Assembly: GCA_963812155.1 (NCBI GenBank)
Contig: CAWETW010000004.1
Span: forward strand, 1-64,000
Origin: Vulcanimicrobiota bacterium
GTDB lineage: Bacteria; Vulcanimicrobiota; Vulcanimicrobiia; Vulcanimicrobiales; Vulcanimicrobiaceae
Length of the DNA: 64,000 nucleotides
Reading direction: 5' to 3'
Positions 42,140 through 52,464 of this stretch are shown one piece after another (position 1 is the stretch's first letter; every line of letters starts with the position of its first letter). Below the pieces are notes generated by a model. That model was given only the letters and a program-made list of their open reading frames with translations. It ran no database searches and was not told the origin of the DNA. Position numbers and translations under genes: made by a program.

Positions 42140-42514
42140 ATGCGCGAACGCATCTTTACTCCGGAAGCACCCGAGCCGATCGGTCCGTACAGCCAAGCGA
42201 TTCTCGCCGAGGGCGTGCTCTTCTGCAGCGGACAGATTCCGATCGATCCTCAGACCGGCGAACTCGTCGCCGGCGACGTTGCCGCCCAAGCCGAACGCGC
42301 GTTTCGCAATCTCGAAGCCGTTCTCAAAGCCGCCGGGAAAAGTTTCGACGACGTCGTCCGAACGTCACTCTACCTCGTCGACATGGCCGATTTCGCGGCG
42401 GTCAACGCCATCTACGATCGCTGCTTCGGTTCGGCGAAGCCCGCGCGTTCGACCATCGCCGTCGCCGCACTGCCCAAAGGCGCACGCATTGAAATCGACT
42501 GCGTAGCTCTCTAG
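42140..42514 (+). CDS. ridA: RidA/Rid family enamine-imine deaminase
   Basis: IGPYSQA, SGQIP, PARST, LPKGARIEID. Confidence 0.9.
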   Translation: MRERIFTPEAPEPIGPYSQAILAEGVLFCSGQIPIDPQTGELVAGDVAAQAERAFRNLEAVLKAAGKSFDDVVRTSLYLVDMADFAAVNAIYDRCFGSAKPARSTIAVAALPKGARIEIDCVAL

Positions 42515-42517
42515 TCC

Positions 42518-42567
42518 CGGGGCGCTTCGACTACGCGTGCTGCGGCACGCTCCGCTCAGCGTGACAC
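42518..42567. repeat. REP-like palindromic intergenic element
   Basis: CGCTTCGACTAC-GCGTGCTGCGGCACGC-TCCGCTCAGCGTGACA with internal hairpin, between convergent genes. Confidence 0.45.
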
Positions 42568-42568
42568 G

Positions 42569-43771
42569 TTAAATTTGCGGGGACGCTCTTGCCGAAGTAA
42601 GGCGCGACGACTCTTCGCTCGCTAAACGCGCGACGTCCGGGTCGAACGATTGCTCGGCAATCTTCAGTTGGTCGAGCGCGAGCGATTTTTGTCCTTGCGA
42701 CGCGTACGCCACGGCGAGCAGGTAACGAATGCGTCCGTCTTCGGGCGCCGCTGCGATGCCTTTGAGCAATGCCGATTGCGCGAGCTGGTAGAGATTGTTG
42801 TGCTCGTAGTCGATGCCGAGGTCGATATAGGCTTCGGGCAGGTACGGGCCCACGACGGTGGCTTGCACGTAATAATCGACGGCGCGCTTCCAATCTCCGC
42901 GCCGGTCGGCGAGGAAACCGAAGTTCACGAGCGCTTCCGGGCGCTCTGGAGCCAGCGAATGCGCGCGAATGAGAAACGGCTTCGAAGATTCGTCGTCGCC
43001 GGATTGCAGGAAAGCGGCGCCGATGTTGTTCGTGCACGTGTAGTTGGTCGTATCGATCGCGATGCAGGCGCGAAAATCTTTTTCCGCTTCGGTGTAGTTT
43101 TGGAGATCGAAGTAGGCTAAGCCTAAGCCGTTGAGCGCAGTGAGCGACTGCGGATCGGTGTCGAGCGCACGCATGAAGTATCCGAGTGCGTCGGCAGGCT
43201 TGTGCAGCGCGGCCATCACCTGGCCCATCTCGGCCTGAATATCGGCGTTCGTCGGCTGCGCGTTGGCGAGGGTTTCCATTTGCTTGCGATAGGCCGGAAG
43301 ATCGCCCTTGCGCGCATGCATTTCTACGAGGTCGGACACCGAGTCGGTCCCCGGCAGCGCTTTATTGAACTGATCGATGGCTTCGTCGACCCGATTTTGG
43401 GTGCCGTAGACGACGCCCAAGCGGTTGTGCGTCTCGCGGTCGCCGGGATTGTGGTCGAGGATGTTCTTGTAAACCTCCTCGGCCTTGTCGAAGCGGCCCT
43501 GGCGGTAGTAGAGATCGCCCAGGAACCGTTCCGGACCGGCCTCGCCCGGATGCGAGACGACGTAGATTTGCAAGACCTTGACGGCCCCCGCCAAGTCGCC
43601 GGCCGCGATGCGCTCCCGGGCCGCTTTGATGGCACCCTGCGGATCCGAAGCGAAGGTCGGCTCGAATACCGATGGGTCGTTGATGATCTTGGCTTGGGCC
43701 GAGGCACGGCCCCCGGTCAGCATGGCGAGCCCTAAGGCCAGGGCCGCAAATAGGTACAAACGACGGCGCAT
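42569..43771 (-). CDS. Secreted tetratricopeptide-repeat protein
   Basis: Signal peptide; repeated LG..Y...G...A TPR units. Confidence 0.88.
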   Translation of the reverse strand: MRRRLYLFAALALGLAMLTGGRASAQAKIINDPSVFEPTFASDPQGAIKAARERIAAGDLAGAVKVLQIYVVSHPGEAGPERFLGDLYYRQGRFDKAEEVYKNILDHNPGDRETHNRLGVVYGTQNRVDEAIDQFNKALPGTDSVSDLVEMHARKGDLPAYRKQMETLANAQPTNADIQAEMGQVMAALHKPADALGYFMRALDTDPQSLTALNGLGLAYFDLQNYTEAEKDFRACIAIDTTNYTCTNNIGAAFLQSGDDESSKPFLIRAHSLAPERPEALVNFGFLADRRGDWKRAVDYYVQATVVGPYLPEAYIDLGIDYEHNNLYQLAQSALLKGIAAAPEDGRIRYLLAVAYASQGQKSLALDQLKIAEQSFDPDVARLASEESSRLTSARASPQI

Positions 43772-43870
43772 CTCGCTCCCCTTCCCCCGTTCGGTCTCGA
43801 GGTTTCCTACGAGATTATAACGCTTGGACGGGCGCCGCGTGACCTCCGCCGAGCGGAGGAACTCTGCCGG

Positions 43871-45052
43871 TCAGCGGCGCCGCCGGCGGGAGCTATAGAC
43901 GACGCGCGCCTTGGGCGGTTCGGGGTCGATTTCGGGAAAGAGCGGATTTTTGCTGCGCTCGAGGCGTTTGCCCAGCGTATATTCGATTTGTCTCACAAGC
44001 GGCTCTTCTTCAGACGAGACGAACGTGATCGCATCGCCGGCTGCGTTGGCGCGGGCCGTTCGCCCGACTCGATGTAAGTAATCGGCGGCAACCAGGGGAA
44101 CGTCGTAGTTGATTACGTGCCCGAGAGCCGAAATGTCGATGCCGCGCGCAGCGATGTCGGTTGCGACAAGCACGCGATAGCGGCCCTGCTTGAAGTGTTC
44201 GAGCGCACGCGTTCGTTGCGGCTGCGAGCGATCTCCGTGAATCAGATCGACGGCGATCCGATGCTTTTGCAGCGCGGCCGCCAGCCGGTTGGCGCGGGCT
44301 TTCGTCCGCGTGAAGGCAATCGCCGAGTAAATGCCGTTGTCTTTGAGCAGTTCCACCAGCAGATCGGTCTTCTTTTCTTGGTTCACGGCATAGAGCGTTT
44401 GGCTGAGCGTTCTTACCGGAGCGGCCTTCGCCGCGAGTTCCACGCGGACCGGATCGCTGAGAATCTCACGCACGAGACCGGAGATTTGGGCCGGCAGCGT
44501 TGCCGAAAAGAACAACGTTTGGCGCTTCGCCGGTACCTGAGCGATAATGCGCCGGACGTCGGGGAGAAACCCCATGTCGAGCATGCGGTCGGCTTCGTCG
44601 AGCACGAGCATCTCAATCCCGTCGAGCCGCATGGTTTTTTGCTTGAGATGATCGAGGAGCCGTCCCGGCGTCGCGACCAGGACGTCGGCGCCGCGCTTGA
44701 GCGCGGCGATCTGCGGTCGAAAACCGACGCCGCCGTAAATCGCCGCGACCGTAACGTTCGTGTGTTTGGCGAGCGCCGTCAAATGCTTGGCGATTTGATC
44801 GGCGAGTTCGCGGGTCGGAGCGAGAACGAGTGCGCGCGTCTTTCCGCGCGGCTTGGCCATGAGCCGTTGCAGGATGGGCAGGCCGAACGCCGCCGTCTTA
44901 CCGCTGCCGGTCTCGGCGCTGCCGAGAACGTCGCGGCCTTCGAGGGCCGGGGGAATCGCGAGCGTTTGGATTGGCGTGGGTTCGGAGAAGCCGAGGTCGT
45001 TTAGGGCAGCCCGCAATGGCGGCTGCAAGCCGAGTTTTTCAAACGTGGAAAT
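43871..45052 (-). CDS. DEAD-box RNA helicase (RhlE-like); probable non-canonical start
   Basis: FEKLGL, Q-motif PTPIQ, AETGSGKT, PTRELA, DEAD, SAT, ARGID, HRVGRT. Confidence 0.92.
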   Translation of the reverse strand: MSTFEKLGLQPPLRAALNDLGFSEPTPIQTLAIPPALEGRDVLGSAETGSGKTAAFGLPILQRLMAKPRGKTRALVLAPTRELADQIAKHLTALAKHTNVTVAAIYGGVGFRPQIAALKRGADVLVATPGRLLDHLKQKTMRLDGIEMLVLDEADRMLDMGFLPDVRRIIAQVPAKRQTLFFSATLPAQISGLVREILSDPVRVELAAKAAPVRTLSQTLYAVNQEKKTDLLVELLKDNGIYSAIAFTRTKARANRLAAALQKHRIAVDLIHGDRSQPQRTRALEHFKQGRYRVLVATDIAARGIDISALGHVINYDVPLVAADYLHRVGRTARANAAGDAITFVSSEEEPLVRQIEYTLGKRLERSKNPLFPEIDPEPPKARVVYSSRRRRR

Positions 45053-45123
45053 GATTGACGATCTTTCAAGAGTGTGCGCGGCTCGATCGCATTCGTCCGA
45101 AAGATCGCGCAAGAGGTGACTCC

Positions 45124-45153
45124 ACTATGTCACGGAGGGCCCTTTTGCGTCAA
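45124..45153 (-). promoter_or_regulatory. Putative promoter of the helicase
   Basis: TTGACG-N18-CATAGT with a TG extension. Confidence 0.45.
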
Positions 45154-45160
45154 ATGCTGG

Positions 45161-45184
45161 GGTCGCAGGTCACGCGATGCGACC
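45161..45184 (-). terminator. Hairpin downstream of nuoN
   Basis: GGTCGCA...TGCGACC inverted repeat. Confidence 0.35.
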
Positions 45185-45217
45185 GGGGAGGGGTCGACTT
45201 CCCAGCCCACTTCCGGG

Positions 45218-46645
45218 CTACTTGACCAGCGGAAGGACGTCGCTCGGCGTCAAGGGATAGAACGTCATCGCGATCACGAGGACCGCGCAGGCCGCGGCGC
45301 TCGCCCAGGCGAGCGGGACGATCGGCTTGGGATCGTGCGGCTCGTGGCGCGGACGGGAGTACATCGCAAAAGCGATCTTCGCGTAGGCGTAGAGCGATAT
45401 CGCCGTGCCCACGATCAGCAAGCCCGACAGCCAAACGTAGCCTGCATTCACGCTGGACGAAAGGATGAGAATCTTTCCGAGAAATCCGGCCGTCGGCGGT
45501 AAGCCCGCCAGGGCAAGCAGGAAGAACGTCATCGCCGCCGCCAGCGCCGGGCGGCGGCGCCCGAGTCCCTCGTAACTGCTCAAGTGCGAACCTTCTTCGG
45601 CGTCGTTCGATAGCGCCGCAGCAACGGCGAACGCACCGAGATTCATGAACGTGTACGCGGTGAGATAGAAAATCGCGTAGCGCAACCCGAGCGCGGTCGC
45701 GCCGGCGAGCGCCGTGAGAATGTATCCCATCTGCGCGATGCCGGAGTACGCGAGCAGCCGTTTGAGATCGCGCTGCGCGAGCATGCCCACGTTGCCGGCG
45801 ATCATCGAAATTCCGGCAACGATCCACATCGGCAGCAGCAGCCGGTGCTCGACGCCCGCGGGCAACGCAGCGTAGACGAAGCGTGCGAGCACCGCGAGCA
45901 CCGCCGCTTTCGTCGCGACGCTCATGAACGCGGTCACCGGCAGCGGCGCGCCTTCGTACACGTCGGGCGCCCACGAGTGGAACGGCACGAGGCTGAGCTT
46001 GAACGCGATACCGATCGAGAACATGCCGGCGCCCATCCAGAAGAGCGGGTTGGCCGCCAGCGCCGGCTTGGTGAAATCGGCGAGCATCACGCTGCCCGTT
46101 GCACCGAACAGCAGCGCCATGCCGTAGAGCATGAAGCCGCTCGCCGTCGACGAGAGGATCAGATACTTCAGGGCCGATTCGCGCGACGTTTTGCGGTCGG
46201 CCATGCCGCACAGACAATAGAGCCCGAGCGACAGCAGCTCGAGTCCGAGGAAGATCGTCAGCAGGTTGGCGGCACCGGCCATCAGCATCGCGCCGCACGT
46301 GCTCCAGAGCATGAGCGCGGTGGAACTCGCAATCCGCTCGCTCGCGCCGATCGCTCCGTAGAGCGCCAGCGACCCGACCAGCGCCAGCAGCACGATCTCT
46401 TCGAAGACGCTCGTGAATCCGCCGGTCATGAAGCCGCCGAAGAACGCGTTGTAGTCGTGCCCGTATTGGTTGGCCACCATTGCACCCGCACCGATGCCGC
46501 CGGCAATACCGATGAGAATGAAGGCGTAGCGCGGCGCGTTACGCGTCAGCAGGTCGGTAAGGAGCACGACGAGCGACGTCACCGCGAGCAGCGCAATCGG
46601 GGCGAGTGCGTTCCAATCGGCCGACGTAAACGGTAGCGCGGTCAT
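45218..46645 (-). CDS. nuoN: NADH-quinone oxidoreductase subunit N
   Basis: LGLELLSL, ESALKY, FKLSLVPFHSWAPDVYEGAP. Confidence 0.93.
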   Translation of the reverse strand: MTALPFTSADWNALAPIALLAVTSLVVLLTDLLTRNAPRYAFILIGIAGGIGAGAMVANQYGHDYNAFFGGFMTGGFTSVFEEIVLLALVGSLALYGAIGASERIASSTALMLWSTCGAMLMAGAANLLTIFLGLELLSLGLYCLCGMADRKTSRESALKYLILSSTASGFMLYGMALLFGATGSVMLADFTKPALAANPLFWMGAGMFSIGIAFKLSLVPFHSWAPDVYEGAPLPVTAFMSVATKAAVLAVLARFVYAALPAGVEHRLLLPMWIVAGISMIAGNVGMLAQRDLKRLLAYSGIAQMGYILTALAGATALGLRYAIFYLTAYTFMNLGAFAVAAALSNDAEEGSHLSSYEGLGRRRPALAAAMTFFLLALAGLPPTAGFLGKILILSSSVNAGYVWLSGLLIVGTAISLYAYAKIAFAMYSRPRHEPHDPKPIVPLAWASAAACAVLVIAMTFYPLTPSDVLPLVK

Positions 46646-48030
46646 TTTGGCATGCCCGTGAAGACGGCCATAATTGCGGCCGGCTGGACGCCGACGTAGA
46701 CGAGTGCGGCGAGCAGCGGCGCAACCGCGAGCCCTTCGACCCAGCTCAAGTCGCGCCGCACCGGAAGATCGTCGAGCACCGGTCCGTTCATGACGCCCTG
46801 ATAAAGCCGTAGGAAGTATGCCGATGCCAGCACGATCGCGACTAAGCCGACGATCGCCGGCCACACGTAGCCGGCTTGGAAGATGCCGGTCAGCATCACG
46901 ATCTCGCCGGCGAATCCGGCCAGACCGGGTAAGCCCAGTGCCGCCAGCGCCGCGATGCAGAACGCTCCGGCGAGGCGCGGATTGTTCCAACCCAGCCCGC
47001 CGAGCGTGAGCAGCGAGCGCGTATCCTCGCGCTCTTCGACGTAGCCGACGATCGTGAAGAGCGCCGCCGAGAAAAGTCCGTGTGCGATCATGTAGACGAG
47101 CGCGCCGGCAAGCGCGAGCGGACTGCCGGCGGCAATCGCGATCACGATCAGGCCGAGATGCGAGAGCGAGGAGTACGCAACGACGCGCTTCGCGTCGTGC
47201 TGCACGAGCGCGACGACCGCGCCGTAGACCAGCGAGATCGCGCCGAGGACGACGAGCACGCCGGAGTATTGGCGCACGTAATCCGGCATGAACACCAGCG
47301 CGATGGCGATGAATCCGTAGAGCCCCGCTTTCGACTGCACCGCGCTCACGACCGAGACCATGGGCGCCGGCAGTTCGGTATACGTGATCGGCATCCAGGT
47401 GTGCAGCGGAAAGACCGGCGTCTTCACCAAGAACGCGATCGCGAAACCCGCGAAGATCCACGGCGCCCACGAGCCCGCCAAATGCACGCCGCTGCGGCCG
47501 ATCACGTCGGTCGAGCCGTAGATGACGCCGAATGCGGCAGTCGCGAGCAGCAGCAGCAGACCGCCGGCAAAGTTGTAGATGAAGTAGCGCCACGCCGTCG
47601 CCGGATGCGCGCTCCAGCCGATCAGGCCAAAGAAGACCGGCAGCAGCATCAGATCCCAGAACAGCGCGAACGCCAGCAGGTCGCGCGACAGGAACAGGCC
47701 CAGCATCGAGCCTTCGAGCAACAGCATTAACGCGATGAAGTTGCGCGTGCGCGGCACGTCCGTAGCCGCAATCGCGCAGACCGTGCAGAGCGCGAGCAGC
47801 AGCGCGAGCCAGAACGAGAACGGCGTTGCTCCGAAATGGAAGGCGGCGTCGAACGGGCGCGAGAGCCAACGGAAACTCCACTCGGCGTTGCGCCCGGCAA
47901 CGACGAGTGCCAACGTCGCAAGCGCGACCAGCGTTCCGGCGACGCGCGACACGGTCCGGTCTTCGCGCGGAAGCGCGAAGACCAGACAGCCGGCGACGAT
48001 CGGCAGCACGATCGCGACGAGCGCAAGCAT
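46642..48030 (-). CDS. nuoM: NADH-quinone oxidoreductase subunit M
   Basis: VKTPVFPLHTW, KRVVAYSSLSH, GLPGLAGFAGE. Confidence 0.92.
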   Translation of the reverse strand: MLALVAIVLPIVAGCLVFALPREDRTVSRVAGTLVALATLALVVAGRNAEWSFRWLSRPFDAAFHFGATPFSFWLALLLALCTVCAIAATDVPRTRNFIALMLLLEGSMLGLFLSRDLLAFALFWDLMLLPVFFGLIGWSAHPATAWRYFIYNFAGGLLLLLATAAFGVIYGSTDVIGRSGVHLAGSWAPWIFAGFAIAFLVKTPVFPLHTWMPITYTELPAPMVSVVSAVQSKAGLYGFIAIALVFMPDYVRQYSGVLVVLGAISLVYGAVVALVQHDAKRVVAYSSLSHLGLIVIAIAAGSPLALAGALVYMIAHGLFSAALFTIVGYVEEREDTRSLLTLGGLGWNNPRLAGAFCIAALAALGLPGLAGFAGEIVMLTGIFQAGYVWPAIVGLVAIVLASAYFLRLYQGVMNGPVLDDLPVRRDLSWVEGLAVAPLLAALVYVGVQPAAIMAVFTGMPK

Positions 48031-49963
48031 CAGTGCGGTCCTGCGCCGGCGAGCGCGTAGTAGGCGATGAAGAATGCGGCGCCGAGCGCCAGGATCAACG
48101 CATAGGCCCGCACTAATCCGGTCTGCAGCGACCGGACCAGCGTGCCGGCGCCCCGCGTGATCGCGGCGAGTTCGCGCACGGCGCCGTCGATGAGATGCGG
48201 ATCGACGATTCGGGCCGCAAGCGTGCCGAACAGTTGCGACGTTCGAACGAACGCGAGATCAATGATCGTGTCGAAGTAGAACAGGTTGACGAGGAACGCC
48301 GGCATGCGTTCCGCCTCGCGCCGCAGGCGTTCGACGGCGCCGGCCAGCGCAGTCCGGGTCGCGTAGCGCATCCACGCAATCGCGAGACCCGCCAGCACGA
48401 AGAGCAGCACGATCCCCGAGGTCTGCAGTTCGGTCAACGCCGGCACGGCCGGCAGCGCAGCCGGAGCGAACTGCGGTGCGAAGAACCGAGACCAGCCGGA
48501 GTTTTCGCCGCCGTAAAGCAGCGCCGCGCCGATCGCCACCGTCGGCACGATCAAAATCGCGACCGGCACGTTCATCACCCATCCGGGCGCATGCGGATGG
48601 TCGACGGTCCCGCGGTACTCACCCAAGAACGTGACGAAGAGCAGGCGGAACATGTAGTACGCCGTGATGCCGGCGGTCACGATGCAGGTCGCATAGATCC
48701 ACGGATGGCCGTGCAGGAGCGCACCGTAGATCACTTCGTCTTTCGAAAAGAACCCGCTGAATCCGGGAATGCCGCAGATCGAGAGCACGCCCGTCAGGAT
48801 CGCCCAAAACGCAAACGGCAGCTTCTTGCGCAGACCGCCCATGCGGCGAACGTCCTGCTCGTTGGCAAGCGCGTGGATGATCAGTCCCGACGCGAGAAAG
48901 AGCTGCGCCTTGAAGAACGCGTGCGTGAAGAAGTGCAGCGACGCCCGCCTTCGTACGCGCCGACGCCGACGCCCATGATCATGTAGCCGATCTGCGACAT
49001 CGTCGAATAGGCGAGGATGCGCTTGATGTCCCACTGCGCGCAGCCGAGAATTGCGCCGGTGATCGCGGTGATGCGCGCCGATCGTTCCGACGAGCATGCG
49101 CGCGTCGGCACTGGCGTTCCACAGCGGCGCGCAGCGCGCGATCAGATAGACGCCGGCGGTGACCATCGTCGCGGCGTGGATCAACGCCGAGACCGGCGTC
49201 GGGCCTTCCATCGCGTCGGGAAGCCAGGTGTGCAGCGGAATCTGCGCCGACTTCGCGGCGGCGCCGATGAAGAGCGCGATGCAGATGCCGAAGAGCAGCG
49301 GCGTCCCGAACGATCCAGCCGCCGCAAACGCGTCGCCGAACGACGACCGAGTGTATCGGATGCAACCAGCGCGAAAACCGCGAACATGATGCCGACGTCG
49401 CCGACGACGTTGATGACGAACGCCTTGCGCGCGGCGGCGACCGCCGTACGCCGCTCGAACCAGAAGCCGATCAGGAAGTACGAGGCGAGTCCGACGAGAC
49501 CCCAGCCGACGAGCAATCCGACGAAGTTGTCGGAGAGCACCAGCGTCAGCATCGCGAACACGAAGAAATTCATGTAGGCGAAGAAGCGCGCGAAGGCGCG
49601 ATCGCCGTCCATGTAGCCGATCGAGTAGAGGTGGATCAGGAAGCCGACGCCGGTGATGATCAAGGTCCACAGCAGCGAGAGCGGATCGAGCAACAGTCCG
49701 AAGTCGAACGTCCCGGCAATCCACGAAAAGAGCGGCTGATGCGCGCCGAGCGCGTTGCCGGCATGCTGCGTGCCGTCGCCCCACGAGAGCACCGCCAGCA
49801 CGAACGAGGCGGCAATCACCCCGGATCCCAGCCAGCCGCACAGCGTTTTCAAGCGCGGACCGAAGGCCCAGCAAACGATCGCGCCGGCGAGCGGCAGCAG
49901 CCACAGCGCGACCAGGAGTGGGTACGAGCCGGCGACTCCGAGCGAGTGGTGCACGGCGGTCAT
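48030..49963 (-). CDS. nuoL: NADH-quinone oxidoreductase subunit L (indels)
   Basis: [46 protein letters not shown]. Confidence 0.92.
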
Positions 49964-50265
49964 CCCCGCATCAGCCTCACTTCGTCGACGTCGACGTTCC
50001 GCTCGGCGCGGAAGGTCGTCACGACGATCGCGAGACCGATCGCGGCCTCCGCCGCCGCGACCGTAATCACTAGGAAGGCGAAGATGTGTCCGACGTTCGC
50101 CAGCCACGTGCGCGCGAACGCGATGAACAGCAGATTGGCCGCGTTGAACATCAGCTCGATGCTCATCAGCATGATCAGCGGATTGCGCCGCACCATCACG
50201 CCGGTGACGCCGATGAAGAACATCACCGCGGAGAGCGCGATATAGTTGCCGATCGCGACCGGCAT
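49960..50265 (-). CDS. nuoK: NADH-quinone oxidoreductase subunit K
   Basis: RRN, MSIELM, VAAAEAAIGL. Confidence 0.93.
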   Translation of the reverse strand: MPVAIGNYIALSAVMFFIGVTGVMVRRNPLIMLMSIELMFNAANLLFIAFARTWLANVGHIFAFLVITVAAAEAAIGLAIVVTTFRAERNVDVDEVRLMRG

Positions 50266-50279
50266 TTAGCGCGCCACCA

Positions 50280-50879
50280 CTATTCGCCGCCTCGCAGAAT
50301 CGCTTCGCGGGCCGCGCGTTCGACGCGAGCGGCGCGCCGGCGCGACGGCACGTACGGAACTTGGTCGCCCGCGAGCATGACGACGCCGATGACCGCGACC
50401 ATCAGGATCAGCGCCGTGATTTCGAACGGCAGCAACTGCATCGTGAAGAGCGCCTTGCCGAAATCGGCGACGCTGCCGAAGACCCCCTCGGTTCCGACCG
50501 GTCCGGCGGTCGGCGGCGCGTGCGCGGCGATTGCAGCCGGCCCCGCGTGCAGGACGGCGTACACGAGAAACCCGAGCGCCGCCAGCACGACGATCGTCGC
50601 CGGTATCGCAATTCGGGGCAGGCGATTCGGCCCCATCGAAAACGGCGCGACGCCGCTGCTCAGCAGCGCGATCACGAAGACGAACAGAACGAGAATTGCA
50701 CCGGAATAGACGATGATCTGCATCACGGCCAAGAACTCGGCCGACAGCGTGAGGTAGAGCACGGCCAGCGCGGCGAAGTTGATCAGCAACGCGACGACGC
50801 TATAGACCGGCTTCTTCGCCGAAATCGTCCAGACGGCGCTGGCGATGATGACGACGCCGACGATCCAAAAGGCGATCAT
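50280..50879 (-). CDS. nuoJ: NADH-quinone oxidoreductase subunit J
   Basis: AEFLAVMQIIVYSGAILVLFVF, LPFE. Confidence 0.92.
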   Translation of the reverse strand: MIAFWIVGVVIIASAVWTISAKKPVYSVVALLINFAALAVLYLTLSAEFLAVMQIIVYSGAILVLFVFVIALLSSGVAPFSMGPNRLPRIAIPATIVVLAALGFLVYAVLHAGPAAIAAHAPPTAGPVGTEGVFGSVADFGKALFTMQLLPFEITALILMVAVIGVVMLAGDQVPYVPSRRRAARVERAAREAILRGGE

Positions 50880-51472
50880 CCGGCCAATCCTTTGCGTTGG
50901 GTCTTGAGGATCTCGCCGCGCCACGTCGCGTCGTAGCCTTCGGCGATATCGACGGTCGACTTGATTTCGGCGACGCGGCCGAGATCGCCCGGAATACCGC
51001 CCGGACGCTCGTCCGGCGCGGCGCCGACGCCGGCTTCCGGCGGCACGAGCAGGCGATCCTTCGCGTAGACGAACGAGCCGCGGCGGAAGTCGGCCATTTC
51101 GAAACGCGGCGTCAGCACGATCGCGTCGGTCGGACACGCCTCTTCGCACATACCGCAAAAGATGCAGCGCAGCTCGTCGATCTCGTAGCGCGCCGCGTGG
51201 CGCTCGCCGGGCGAGACGCGTGCGTCCGGCGTGTTTTCCGCGCCGATGACGGTGATCGCGTTGGCCGGACACGCGCTCGAGCAGAGTTCGCAGCCGATGC
51301 AGCGCTCCTTGCCGTCCTCGTAGCGCCGCAGCTCGTGCAGGCCGTGGAAGCGCGGCGCGTGCTGCTTCTTGACCGACGGATACTCGATCGTCGGCCGCTT
51401 CCGGAACATGAACTTGAAGGTGATCGAGAGGCCCGCCAAGATCGCGCCGACGTTGAAGAGGTTCTTGCGCAA
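50876..51472 (-). CDS. nuoI: NADH-quinone oxidoreductase subunit I
   Basis: CIGCELCSSACP, CIFCGMCEEACP; SD GAGGA before TTG. Confidence 0.93.
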   Translation of the reverse strand: MRKNLFNVGAILAGLSITFKFMFRKRPTIEYPSVKKQHAPRFHGLHELRRYEDGKERCIGCELCSSACPANAITVIGAENTPDARVSPGERHAARYEIDELRCIFCGMCEEACPTDAIVLTPRFEMADFRRGSFVYAKDRLLVPPEAGVGAAPDERPGGIPGDLGRVAEIKSTVDIAEGYDATWRGEILKTQRKGLAG

Positions 51473-51482
51473 TCTGGTTTCC

Positions 51483-52464
51483 TCATCGCAACGCGACGAT
51501 GATCGCCGTGACGATCAGGTTGAGCGTCGCGACCGGCAGCAGCACTTTCCAGCCGAACGCCATCAGGCGGTCGTACCGCAGGCGCGGCAGCGTCGCGCGC
51601 AGCCACATGTAGAAGAACATGAAGCAGGCGACTTTGACGACGAACCAGACGACGCCCGGCACGGCCGTCAGCCGAACGGCGCGTTCCAGCCGCCGAGGAA
51701 CAGCAGCGTCGCGATGCACGAGACCGTGAGCATGTTCACGTACTCGGCGATGAAGAACAGACCGAAGCGCAGCCCGGAGTACTCGGTGTGGAATCCGCCG
51801 ACGAGTTCGGTCTCGGCTTCGACGAGATCGAACGGCGTGCGATTGGTTTCGGCGACCGCCGTGATGATGTAGATGATGAAGCCGACGAACTGCGGGATGA
51901 TGAACCACCAGCGCGTTGCGCGTCGACGATCCCGTCGAGCGAGGTCGTCCCGGCGAGAATCAGCACGCCGATGAACGAGAGCGACATCGCCAGCTCGTAG
52001 CTGATCATCTGCGCGGTCGCGCGCACGCTGCCGAGCAGCGGATACTTCGAGCCCGACGCCCAGCCGCCGAGCGAGATGCCGTAGACGCCGATCGACGTGA
52101 TCGCGAGCATGAACAGGATGCCGGCGTTGACGTTGCCGATCGCCCACGTTCCCGATTTCGCGGAACCGAACGGAATCACCGCATACACCGAAAACGCCGT
52201 CAGCAGCGAGATGAACGGCGCCAGCCGGTAGATCAGCGGATCGGCCGTCTTCGGCGTCAGGTCTTCCTTGAGCATCAGCTTCGCCGCATCGGCGGCCGGC
52301 TGCAGCAAGCCCCACGGCCCAACGCGATTGGGACCGGGACGCAGCTGCATCCAGCCGAGCACTTTGCGTTCGGCGAGCATTGCGTAGGCGAACGTCGTGA
52401 CCACGACGAGCAGCAAAATCGCCGACTTGATGAGCACGACGAGCCACAGCGGAATCGCCGTCAT
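51483..52464 (-). CDS. nuoH: NADH-quinone oxidoreductase subunit H (indels)
   Basis: [40 protein letters not shown]. Confidence 0.92.
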
